Positions 45,162-53,988 of a DNA stretch of 64,000 nucleotides are shown in pieces. The position numbers were made by a program, and so were the translations under genes. The stretch is from contig JAPPLI010000149.1 of the NCBI GenBank assembly GCA_028819495.1, forward strand, positions 153 to 64,152, written 5' to 3'. Below the pieces are notes generated by a model that saw nothing but the letters and a program-made list of their open reading frames with translations, had not been told where the DNA came from and ran no database searches. Every line of letters starts with the position of its first letter. The first letter of the stretch is position 1. This DNA is from Gammaproteobacteria bacterium. Lineage in GTDB: Bacteria > Pseudomonadota > Gammaproteobacteria > Eutrophobiales > Eutrophobiaceae.

Positions 45162-46610
45162 ATGGGCTTTCATCACAATATCATTATCGACGTTGACAAC
45201 TACAAACACTGCCATTACTCGCTCTATCCGCCCGGTACGGAATATGTTTCCAGTTATATAGAATCCCGGGGAGGTATTCTTCCATCGACAATGTTTGTCG
45301 GGTTGCAGGCGTATATCCGCGAATACCTCATGCGTCCCATTACCCTGGAAGATATCGACGAGGCTGAATTCATCGAACGCGAACAGGGCATGCACTTCAA
45401 CCGTGATAACTGGTTGGGGATACTGAACGACCACGGTGGCTTCCTGCCGGTTGAGATTGAAGCTGTACCGGAGGGAACGGTGTTGCCGCCAAAAAACGTA
45501 TTGGTGCAGTTGATCAATACAGATCCCAAATATTACTGGGCAACCAGCTTTTTTGAAACTTCGCTGTTGCGCGCCGTCTGGTATCCGACAACGATCGGAA
45601 GCATAAGCTGGCTCAGTAAACAGGTAATCAAGGATTCGCTGGAGCATACCTCCGACAACCCGGGTGTCATTCGCCATATGCTGCACGATTACGGCGCACG
45701 GGGAGTAAGTTCGCAACAATCCGCCGCCTTGGGCGGCCTGTCCCATCTCGTCAACTTCAGCCAGAGCGACACCTTGCCCGGTATCATTGCCGCGAAACGT
45801 TACTACAACGCCGGCCACGTATCCAATTCAGGTCCGAATTCCGAACATGCGGGCTTTTGCGCATGGGGGAGGGAAAACGAAGCCGCAGCGCTCCGTAATA
45901 TGCTGGATATGTATGCGGATAACGGCGTAGCCCTGCTTCTTACCGATACATACGATCATGAGAACTGTGTAAAAAATATTATCGGAAAGGAATTGAAAGA
46001 AAAGATTCAGAACTTCCCCGGCCTGGTCGGCGTACGGCCTGATTCCGGGGACGTGGTTCAGGTTACTTCCGACACGACTGAATGGCTGATGGATGCGTTT
46101 GGCTATGAAGTCAATTCCAAAGGTTATAAAGTGTTGCCTCCCTACCTCCGGGTTGTACAGGGTGACGGCGTGAATTTTCCTGTTTTGCCGAAGATATTCA
46201 TTGAACTGGAACGGCGCGGTTTTTCAGCGGAAAATGCGATTTACGGCATGGGTGGCGGCCTGCTGCAACATTTTCATCGGGATACCATGAATTTCGGGCA
46301 GAAGGCCAGTGCTGTGTGTGTAAACGGAGAATGGCGGGACATCTACAAATCTCCAACCGGCTCCGATTTTAAGGTGTCTAAAAAAGGCCGCTTGGCGCTG
46401 AAATACGAAAACGGCACCTACACAACAGTCCCGCGTGATTCCATTCCACCTGAAGAAAACGTACTGATTCCGGTCTTCAGGAATGGAAAACTGTTAAAGA
46501 AATGGGATTTCACTGAACTCATAGAACGCAGTGAACGGGAATACCCCGAGTCCTATTACCTTGACATTGTGAGGCCGCTGCGGGAAGCGCGGAACAGTAC
46601 CGCACGCTGA
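45162..46610 (+). CDS. nadV: nicotinamide phosphoribosyltransferase
   Basis: 482 aa. It has the NAMPT-like N-terminus (NIIIDVDNYKHCHYSLYPPGTEYVSSYIESRGG) and the GVRPDSGD and VVQGDG blocks. An AGGAGA Shine-Dalgarno sequence is present. Confidence 0.9.
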   Translation: MGFHHNIIIDVDNYKHCHYSLYPPGTEYVSSYIESRGGILPSTMFVGLQAYIREYLMRPITLEDIDEAEFIEREQGMHFNRDNWLGILNDHGGFLPVEIEAVPEGTVLPPKNVLVQLINTDPKYYWATSFFETSLLRAVWYPTTIGSISWLSKQVIKDSLEHTSDNPGVIRHMLHDYGARGVSSQQSAALGGLSHLVNFSQSDTLPGIIAAKRYYNAGHVSNSGPNSEHAGFCAWGRENEAAALRNMLDMYADNGVALLLTDTYDHENCVKNIIGKELKEKIQNFPGLVGVRPDSGDVVQVTSDTTEWLMDAFGYEVNSKGYKVLPPYLRVVQGDGVNFPVLPKIFIELERRGFSAENAIYGMGGGLLQHFHRDTMNFGQKASAVCVNGEWRDIYKSPTGSDFKVSKKGRLALKYENGTYTTVPRDSIPPEENVLIPVFRNGKLLKKWDFTELIERSEREYPESYYLDIVRPLREARNSTAR

Positions 46611-46629
46611 AAACGGCGACTCTCTTACA

Positions 46630-47301
46630 ATGTCCTGCCTTCACATTTTTGACATGGATGGAACCCTGCTCAAAGGTTCCGCCTGTCTCGAGATTTCACG
46701 CACGGTCGGCGTACTGGCTGAAACGCTTGACATCGAAGATGTCTGGAGCAAGGGCGAGATCAGCGACAATGAATTCTGGGTCAGATGTCTTCCGTTATGG
46801 AAAGACCTTACAGACGAGCAGCTCGACCAGTCTTTCCTGACGAGTCCATGGCTTCAGGGAGTGCAGTCCGTATTCGCTGATATCAATTCCCGGAATGAAA
46901 AGAGTGTCGTTATTTCTCAATCTCCCCTGTTTTTTGTGGAACGGCTACATGCGTGGGGAGCGGATTTCGCATACGGCGCCCTGGTAACTCCGGGAAATTC
47001 TGCGGGCGCCGAGCGGCTTTTGACCAGCCGCGATAAATTGAAGATAGCGGACAAGCTGTTGTCAGAACTCGGTTTAACCTATGACAATTGCGTCGCGTAT
47101 GGCGACTCGCTGTCTGATCTTGACCTGTTCAAGTCACTTCCCAAAACAGTCGCCGTGAACGCGAGAAAACCAATCCGCGAGCTTGCACGCGTATGCTACG
47201 AGGGACCGAGCATGTGGGATGGGTATTCCGCCGGGCGTAAATTAATAGAAGACCACGCTGGTGGATTGACAGCCCCCCGGGAAACTGACCGAAATAATTG
47301 A
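46630..47301 (+). CDS. HAD-superfamily hydrolase (phosphoserine-phosphatase-like subfamily IB)
   Basis: It has motif I FDMDGTLL and a C-terminal GDSLSDLD motif. Confidence 0.8.
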   Translation: MSCLHIFDMDGTLLKGSACLEISRTVGVLAETLDIEDVWSKGEISDNEFWVRCLPLWKDLTDEQLDQSFLTSPWLQGVQSVFADINSRNEKSVVISQSPLFFVERLHAWGADFAYGALVTPGNSAGAERLLTSRDKLKIADKLLSELGLTYDNCVAYGDSLSDLDLFKSLPKTVAVNARKPIRELARVCYEGPSMWDGYSAGRKLIEDHAGGLTAPRETDRNN

Positions 47302-47308
47302 TTTCGCC

Positions 47309-47752
47309 ATGAAGAACACCGCCCACCTCAGCCAGGAGTCCGAGCACGACCAAGAACCCGCGGGCACTACTGACAGGTACCGGAAAACCCTGGAACTTTT
47401 CAGCGCTGCCTGGAGCAGAGGAGATATAGACAGCCTTCTCAACCTGATGGGCGATGAGCCTGTTTACAAGGGTTCTACCGGAGCCGGACCCGGAACGTTC
47501 TACAGCGGGCGTGAGGAGGTAAGGGCTGCTTTCGAGAAGATGGCTGGGGGAAATGCCGGCGCTTGTGAACCGTTGACGCCGGCAACATCCCCGGAAATGT
47601 ATTTCTTTTCCAATCGTGCGCTGGTTTACTGGAACCTGGTGCTGCCGGGCGCCGACGGTTCGCCGCAACGGGTGGACGGTGTGGACATCATAGAATTTAC
47701 GGGCGATGGCCGTATCTCGGTTAAAGACGCCTACAGGAAGTCATTTTCCTGA
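47309..47752 (+). CDS. SnoaL/NTF2-like fold protein
   Basis: 147 aa. The pattern FSAAWSRGDIDSLLNLMGDEPVY...VDIIEFTGDGRI is typical of SnoaL-like proteins. Confidence 0.55.
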   Translation: MKNTAHLSQESEHDQEPAGTTDRYRKTLELFSAAWSRGDIDSLLNLMGDEPVYKGSTGAGPGTFYSGREEVRAAFEKMAGGNAGACEPLTPATSPEMYFFSNRALVYWNLVLPGADGSPQRVDGVDIIEFTGDGRISVKDAYRKSFS

Positions 47753-47780
47753 CGTGGCGCGGTAAATTCAGGATTATTCT

Positions 47781-49508
47781 TCAGGCCGCGTGTTCCTGCA
47801 TCCAGCGGCGCTTTGCTCCATTTACCTCGCCTGTGTGGAACCGGGCAGTGCGGTTTGTCGGTTCCAGGGCTTCGTCATAGAAAAACCCAGGTAATTCGTC
47901 ATCCACCTCGGTAAAACCGGCCGCCTTGTTAAACTCGTCTTCATATTTCAGGGTCCGGTAACCCAGTTCATGGAAAAAGGAAGAATCCAGTTCTGTGCCG
48001 ATGGCAGCATTAATATGCTCCACCATCATCTCAAGTTGGGCATTGGTTACAGTTCCCCCAAACAGGCACAGGCCAAGAGAATCCGCCGCTGCGCATTCAA
48101 CCTGCAATTCCATACTGACGCCCATCAGTTCATCGAGATCTTTTCCCGCACATGCATAAGATGGTGAGTTTCCGGTAGTGTGGTCTGCCCCTTGCGCCGT
48201 GACCATCATGGACAGCCCGGTAACTTCCACCACACGAGGGTCATAAGCGCTGATACCCTGCTTCTTGATTACCGGAGTACGTTGCACCTTGTAATGTTCG
48301 CCTACCCTTGCGGTGCCCTGGGCCCAGAGCCTGCCCTGTTCGCTGCCTTTGCCGATTTCATTCAGGACTGACGTAAGGAACTTTACGTCGCCAAATTCCG
48401 CCAACCCCGCATCCAGCAAAACACCCATCATCGCGCCTGTTTCAATGGTGTCTATCCCGAGCGCGTTGGCAAGGTAGTTCAGGCGGGCAAGGTCATCCGG
48501 ATCCTTGATGCCGCAATTTGTCCCCATTAAGCCCAGTGTTTCATATTCCACCGGCGAGACAATCTCGTTTCCTTCAGCATCCGCATAAACGTTGCTGCAT
48601 TCGATCATGCAGCCGGGCATACAGGCGTGGGCCGTCTGACCTCCCCGTGACATGTTCTGTTCCCGGATGAAAGTACCGCCCATTTTCAGGGTTTCCTTGT
48701 CGGTATCCACCAGGCGCCCGGAAGTAAAATTATTGACCGGTAAACCGCCTATATGGTTTGTCAGGTCCGTTACCATCGCGGTGCCGTAGTCCTTGAAAGC
48801 CTTGACAAGGGAATCCTCATTCAACATGTTGCCGTATTCCCTGATCCCCCGGATCACCTTTTTTCGATCCTGGAACATCGGTATCTTGTGACGTTCGCAG
48901 ACGATAGCCTTGACCTTTTTTGATCCCATCACTGCGCCAACTCCGCCGCGCGCCGCCAGGCGTGTAGGGCGCCGGTCCGTGTCACTCATCCCTATACCGG
49001 CGATCAGTCCGCCGTACTCACCCACAGGCCCGCATAGAGCGAGACTTACCTTGTTTCCGTACTTTTCATGCAGCAATCCGGCACAGGCAAAATTATCCTT
49101 GCCCAGGCAGGCTTCCGCGTCCTCGAATTGCACCGACCCGTCTTTACGCAGGACAATAACCGTCCAGTCGTCTGCAGCCTTGTTGAGCGTGAATCCGGCT
49201 ATCTCCAGTTGTCCCAGCGCCAGACCGAATGAACCGCCGGCATTGGATTCCTTGATGCCCCCGGTAAGCGGACTTTTACAACCGACGCTGATCCTGTTCG
49301 CGTTCGACCAGTTACTGCCGGCGAACGGGCCCACGGAAAATATCAGGGGATTATCGGGAGATAACGGATCCACCGGTCCAACGTTCATATCTACCAGGGT
49401 TTTCGCTATGAAATACCGCCCTGCGCGGGCTATTTCTTCCCCGGCGAGGGTTTCTTCACGCACAGCTTTTTCGGCCAGGTCGACATGCAAATATCTACGC
49501 ATTATCAA
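47781..49508 (-). CDS. aldehyde:ferredoxin oxidoreductase family (tungsto/molybdopterin) enzyme
   Basis: 575 aa. It has the AOR_N-like N-terminus (YLHVDLAEK...), a Cys cluster HACMPGCMIEC and an AOR-like C-terminal domain. Confidence 0.85.
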   Translation of the reverse strand: MIMRRYLHVDLAEKAVREETLAGEEIARAGRYFIAKTLVDMNVGPVDPLSPDNPLIFSVGPFAGSNWSNANRISVGCKSPLTGGIKESNAGGSFGLALGQLEIAGFTLNKAADDWTVIVLRKDGSVQFEDAEACLGKDNFACAGLLHEKYGNKVSLALCGPVGEYGGLIAGIGMSDTDRRPTRLAARGGVGAVMGSKKVKAIVCERHKIPMFQDRKKVIRGIREYGNMLNEDSLVKAFKDYGTAMVTDLTNHIGGLPVNNFTSGRLVDTDKETLKMGGTFIREQNMSRGGQTAHACMPGCMIECSNVYADAEGNEIVSPVEYETLGLMGTNCGIKDPDDLARLNYLANALGIDTIETGAMMGVLLDAGLAEFGDVKFLTSVLNEIGKGSEQGRLWAQGTARVGEHYKVQRTPVIKKQGISAYDPRVVEVTGLSMMVTAQGADHTTGNSPSYACAGKDLDELMGVSMELQVECAAADSLGLCLFGGTVTNAQLEMMVEHINAAIGTELDSSFFHELGYRTLKYEDEFNKAAGFTEVDDELPGFFYDEALEPTNRTARFHTGEVNGAKRRWMQEHAA

Positions 49509-49670
49509 GTCCCCTTTCAGAAATGACTAGAATCGATTATATGTCGTCCCATCCATGCTGTAAAGTTGTTGTTGAATTCCAGGGCAGCGGTTCCCGCTAA
49601 CTTGACCAGAAGGGTGACCCCGGCATTCAGAGGGAACTTGAAAAAACACCTGGAACAGCCTTGCCCGGCG

Positions 49671-51962
49671 TTAAACCGGTGAGTTGATACGGCGGCATTG
49701 AGTGTCTTCCAGAAGCGTTTCATATGCCATTTTTTGATTTTCAGGCAAGTATCCTGCCCTGTGTTGCAATACCTCCAGCAGAGGACAGGCTTGCTCCGGT
49801 CTCGTCGATCCTGAACGGATGCGCACCCTGTTCAGCATTCCTTCCCACCAGATATCGGATGTTGGTAATACCTTATCAGTAATCACGTTCCATGCCTTGT
49901 CGGCAGTAAACGGGTCGCCGGTCAGTTCAGCGGTACGCGCCAGCGAACGCCAGGCATCACCTGAACTCGGATGTTCCCGCGTGAAAGCCAGCGCCTTTTC
50001 GTGGGCTGCTTCCCGGTTATCGATGGAAAGTAAATTCTCTATGATGAGACGGTAGAACCTGCGGTCGATATCAGGCAGCGTTACTGCAGCCGGGTGTGCG
50101 ATTTGCGCCAGTTCCAGTCGTTGCAGTATGTCTTCCCGTCCGGCAATCCAGGGGTATACAAGTTCCAGGGGAAGATCCGGGCTGATACCTTCATTAAGCA
50201 TGCGCATCATTTCCATTAATCCGGGCCAGTCATCCAATCGGTCATATAACTGGAGTCGCGACCATGACAAGGCATGATTGAGGTGTGCATCACGATCGCC
50301 CTTGATGATAATGGAACCCAGCGACCTGATCATTTCATCCGGATATGCAGCGACCAGCTCCTCTTGTTCTTCCGCTTCATAATTTTTCAGGTTGCCAAGG
50401 AAATCCAGTGAATTAATCAACTCATCAGGTCCTGGTTCGACAAGCGCGCGCATCTGCAATAGCAGGGCAATATTGCGAGGATTTGTCCTGTCCGGTTCGG
50501 GTAATTTCCTGAATGCTTCCACGCCTTGACGGGCCAGTTCAGCAGCCGCTTCCGTTTGGGCAGATGTAATCCTGGCGCTGAATTCCCGTGCAATGAAATT
50601 AAATGAAGTGCGTTCCACCGCGCCATTGAATTCCGTAGCTGAGCGGATCTGGCGGAGTGTCTCCAAGGCGCTATCGGCATTCTGTGAGGTTTGTGCAACG
50701 AGTAATCTGGCCTGGTCAGCCTCAGGGTCATCAGGGTTTTTATCCACGAACCGTTTCGCCGCCGAGTGCAGGGACTTGTGGCTCGTTTTATGGCTGTCTC
50801 TCAGGGCGAGCGCCAAGTGAACCGTATACAGCAGCTTTGCCGCTGCCTTGTCAATTTCAGGTGTCAGTCGTTTCCGGCGCCCAAGCTTCTCAAGAACACC
50901 CAGCGCTGTCTGGTAGCTCCCGGCCTTATAGGCTGCGAATGCCCGACGATAGCGAAAAACATCAAGATTAATTCCCTGCTGCGGTATGAACTCCTTGAAA
51001 AATGCTTCATATTTTTGTACGGCTTTCTGATAATCGCTATGAAGCAAACGAAACTCGGCGGCAGCAAGAGTACTCCAGGGGTCAACGTCGATTGCGGCAA
51101 TTTCCTGGGCATAAGCCATTATATTTTCCAGTAATGACTGGTCCATCCGGCCGGCTTTTATGAGTGTCAGGAGGTATCGCGCTATGGCTTGGTCATGCTT
51201 GCTTTCCACGCGGCTCCGTTCCAGTGAGATGAATAATTCCCTGCGCAGCAAACGAGCCTGTTGAGCGTCAATTTCCATACTGATGCCGGCAGCAGTAATA
51301 TCTCCCATGCGCAGTTCCTGCAGCAGCAGTTCCATTGATACAGCCTCTTTGACCGGGGAAGCCGGCAGCGCCGACACTGCTTCATCCAGTTTTTTGAATA
51401 CCTGGCGGGCGCGGGCGGTATGACCCAGTTCCAGGTCAACATAACCGATACCCAGCCATCCTCCATAAAAGAGTTGTGGTCTGAACAACTGCAGTGAGGC
51501 CGCCTGAAACCCTTTGCGTGCGCGCGCCAGAATCCGGTCCCGGTCTGACAGGGATTTTCTGGCTATTTCAAGATCAATCCATGCTGACCAGTAGATAAAG
51601 GAAGCTTCTGCAAAACTCAGGTCGTTCCATGCCTGTGAGCGGTAGAGACGCTCAAGAGCAGCCTCGCTTTGTCCTGTCTTATGTTCTGTGGTCGTCAAAA
51701 TCTGCCCGGACCTTGTCTCCATGGCCCCAAGAAGTTCGCGCAGTGTTTCAAGTTCTTCCAGCTTCAGTGTCTTGCGCGCACCATCAACAATGGGGCCCAG
51801 GTCTCCGGCTATGCGGGCGACATGAGGGGCTTCTGAAGTTGTCCCGAGCTGTGCATGCAAGGCGCTCACGAGTTCAATTGCATTCCTGTTATCAGTGGCG
51901 CTTACCGGCGTGACAGCCATCAACAGAACGAGAATCCTGACTATCATCCTAGCCGCTTTCAT
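49671..51962 (-). CDS. large secreted helical-repeat (TPR-like) protein
   Basis: 763 aa with a signal peptide MKAARMIVRILVLLMAVTPVSA. The body is Ala/Leu/Arg/Glu-rich with helical-repeat character. It lies 29 nt downstream of the VWA gene. Confidence 0.5.
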   Translation of the reverse strand: MKAARMIVRILVLLMAVTPVSATDNRNAIELVSALHAQLGTTSEAPHVARIAGDLGPIVDGARKTLKLEELETLRELLGAMETRSGQILTTTEHKTGQSEAALERLYRSQAWNDLSFAEASFIYWSAWIDLEIARKSLSDRDRILARARKGFQAASLQLFRPQLFYGGWLGIGYVDLELGHTARARQVFKKLDEAVSALPASPVKEAVSMELLLQELRMGDITAAGISMEIDAQQARLLRRELFISLERSRVESKHDQAIARYLLTLIKAGRMDQSLLENIMAYAQEIAAIDVDPWSTLAAAEFRLLHSDYQKAVQKYEAFFKEFIPQQGINLDVFRYRRAFAAYKAGSYQTALGVLEKLGRRKRLTPEIDKAAAKLLYTVHLALALRDSHKTSHKSLHSAAKRFVDKNPDDPEADQARLLVAQTSQNADSALETLRQIRSATEFNGAVERTSFNFIAREFSARITSAQTEAAAELARQGVEAFRKLPEPDRTNPRNIALLLQMRALVEPGPDELINSLDFLGNLKNYEAEEQEELVAAYPDEMIRSLGSIIIKGDRDAHLNHALSWSRLQLYDRLDDWPGLMEMMRMLNEGISPDLPLELVYPWIAGREDILQRLELAQIAHPAAVTLPDIDRRFYRLIIENLLSIDNREAAHEKALAFTREHPSSGDAWRSLARTAELTGDPFTADKAWNVITDKVLPTSDIWWEGMLNRVRIRSGSTRPEQACPLLEVLQHRAGYLPENQKMAYETLLEDTQCRRINSPV

Positions 51963-51991
51963 GGTTTTATCCGCCTCGGTGCGCTACAGCG

Positions 51992-53104
51992 CTATAATTC
52001 ATCCAGTAACGCCTGCATCTCTGCAGCGAACTGATCGCCCATGATCAGCTTCACCAGGCGTTTGGTCAGTTTTATCTCGCCATCCAGCGTTGCAGCATCA
52101 CCCTGACCGGCTTCACTGATCATAAGAAACTCCGGCATAGGCGCATTGCGGTACAGGTGGCGAGGAAGTTCACGACCCAGCTTGGCTTCCAACAGTTGGG
52201 GATTGGCCTGATCGCTGACATCAAGAGTGGATACGGTTCCGCCGGAATGCCTGAACTGTTCAACCATTTGAACCACGTCTCCAATCCGTTTTGGTCCGGC
52301 AGGGGCATCGCCTACCAGTATGATGACCCTGCGCGCGCCGATCCGCCAACCGGACAGGTCGATAGCATCAGCCAACCCGCTGTCAATTGCTTCGAACCTG
52401 TCACCACCCCCTTCTGCCTCCAGGACGGAGAGAAATTGCTGAAGTTTCACTGTGCTATACGTCAGCGCTTGTACGCGAGTTATAAATTCCGGATCATCAC
52501 GGTCCCGGTAAGCAACTATCCCGAACCTGGCTATGGGCACCAGCGACCGCACAAAACGGGTAATATCTTCAATGCGGTTTTTTACCTCGTTGATTACCCA
52601 TCCCATCGAACCCGTGGCATCGATACAGAAAACAACATCCAGACCCGCTTCACGCAAGCCGGCTATGTAAGGGGCGAAACGTGCTGTTCCGTCTCCAAGG
52701 CCATTACCTGTGTCGGTTTTGAAGCCGCCATAACCACTGCCTTCACTGCTCGAAACAAGAGCCAGCCCCCGGGGGATTTCAACACCTTGAAAACCCTGAC
52801 CCTGCGCCCTGAAGGCAAGAATGGCATCAGGCGGAGGCGGAATTGCAGCCTTGGGCGCAATCAGGATATCCGGCGGATCGAACTCCAGTTCCTGTTCAAA
52901 TTCAAGTTGCTCTTCGGGGATCACAGGTTGTTCAGTGTTTACTTCGGGGACCTGTTCAATAAGGATTTCTTCATCTTTTTCAGGGGCCTGTAACACGGGC
53001 TGCTCGATCCCCCGGCCTGCTTGCCATATCACCAGGGCGTGTATTATGGAGGAGCACAGTAATAAGGAGAGCCAAGCGAGCGAATATTTGACTGAATGCA
53101 ACAT
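51992..53104 (-). CDS. membrane-anchored VWA-domain protein with TonB-like N-terminal module
   Basis: 370 aa. The N-terminal TM helix LAWLSLLLCSSIIHALVIW carries an S18-x3-H22 motif. An acidic, proline-rich linker follows (aa about 38-95). The C-terminal VWA domain has a MIDAS-like VVFCIDATGSM motif and ILVGDAP. Confidence 0.7.
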   Translation of the reverse strand: MLHSVKYSLAWLSLLLCSSIIHALVIWQAGRGIEQPVLQAPEKDEEILIEQVPEVNTEQPVIPEEQLEFEQELEFDPPDILIAPKAAIPPPPDAILAFRAQGQGFQGVEIPRGLALVSSSEGSGYGGFKTDTGNGLGDGTARFAPYIAGLREAGLDVVFCIDATGSMGWVINEVKNRIEDITRFVRSLVPIARFGIVAYRDRDDPEFITRVQALTYSTVKLQQFLSVLEAEGGGDRFEAIDSGLADAIDLSGWRIGARRVIILVGDAPAGPKRIGDVVQMVEQFRHSGGTVSTLDVSDQANPQLLEAKLGRELPRHLYRNAPMPEFLMISEAGQGDAATLDGEIKLTKRLVKLIMGDQFAAEMQALLDEL

Positions 53105-53109
53105 TAGTT

Positions 53110-53544
53110 TTAAGGCGCGCCGACCCTGCTTTGCGTAACCAGGGAGAAGCGAAAGATGTCGGCCTGCGCCGCAGCATTCATTATGTCTGAAATAATAAGC
53201 GCGTCTACGTCGGCATCTGCATGAATCCTGAGCTTCTCATAAGCGGGCGTCCCGGCAAGTTCCGTTGTCAACTCGCTTATTTCGATATTGCGGGCTTCAA
53301 ACCATATTCTCCCGTTACGCTCTACGTTTACAACAGGCGTGTTCGCTTCTGTTTTGGTGTTACGGGTGGATACAGGGAGGTTAATATTAAAATCGGAGTC
53401 CAGGTTTCCTGCCACCATAAAATAGAGCAACAGCAGGAAAATAACGTTTATCATGGGAATCACATTTTCTTCCCGCTTCCTGTTACCTTTCACAAAGCGC
53501 CGCTGCGGCCGTCGAAAGTAGGAGCTTTGCCTTATTTGACGCAC
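53110..53544 (-). CDS. exbD: ExbD/TolR-family protein
   Basis: 144 aa. It has a basic N-terminus followed by a TM segment, IPMINVIFLLLLYFMV, which is ExbD-like. Confidence 0.8.
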   Translation of the reverse strand: MRQIRQSSYFRRPQRRFVKGNRKREENVIPMINVIFLLLLYFMVAGNLDSDFNINLPVSTRNTKTEANTPVVNVERNGRIWFEARNIEISELTTELAGTPAYEKLRIHADADVDALIISDIMNAAAQADIFRFSLVTQSRVGAP

Positions 53545-53562
53545 CTGAAGCCTGTTTCCGAT

Positions 53563-53988
53563 TCAATCAAATTGTTGTGCCGCGGTCATTGAAATGCTGG
53601 AAATACCGTGCCGGTTGAACAGGTCCATTATGTCAACGGCACGTTGCAAAACCACCCCCGGGTCAACGCCCAGCACCACACGCGTAGCGTCAGGATAAAT
53701 AATACCAGCCGCATAATTTTGTAAAGCTTCGATATCGGTAGCTGTTCCGTTCAACCAGATAGTCCCGTTGTCGTGTATTTCAATTGAAACTGTATCCGTA
53801 CCTGAAACGGCGCCGCTGGAGCCGGCAGCTTTGGCAAATTCGATAGTATGCGGCCGGAAAAAGTTTGTCTGCAGCATAAAAAAAACCAGCAGGATAAACA
53901 CGCAGTCTATGAGCGGCGTCAGCGACAAACGCCTGTTGCGCCGCTCGTACTTCAATCCAGGGAGGGTTCCAGGACCCGTGCGCATCAT
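53563..53988 (-). CDS. exbD: ExbD/TolR-family protein
   Basis: 141 aa. It has SLTPLIDCVFILLVFFM, typical of ExbD. Its start overlaps the exbB stop (ATGA). Confidence 0.8.
   Translation of the reverse strand: MMRTGPGTLPGLKYERRNRRLSLTPLIDCVFILLVFFMLQTNFFRPHTIEFAKAAGSSGAVSGTDTVSIEIHDNGTIWLNGTATDIEALQNYAAGIIYPDATRVVLGVDPGVVLQRAVDIMDLFNRHGISSISMTAAQQFD

Noticed and set aside
45123-45818. A 231-aa minus-strand ORF overlapping the 5' half of nadV.
   Set aside because: The nadV reading frame has clear NAMPT motifs and a Shine-Dalgarno sequence. The antisense ORF has no recognisable features and would start inside the AT-rich control region.
49517-49723. A 68-aa minus-strand ORF in the gap between the TPR-like gene and the AOR gene.
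   Set aside because: It overlaps the 3' end of the TPR-like gene, has no ribosome-binding site, and has no recognisable sequence features. I treat the region as intergenic.
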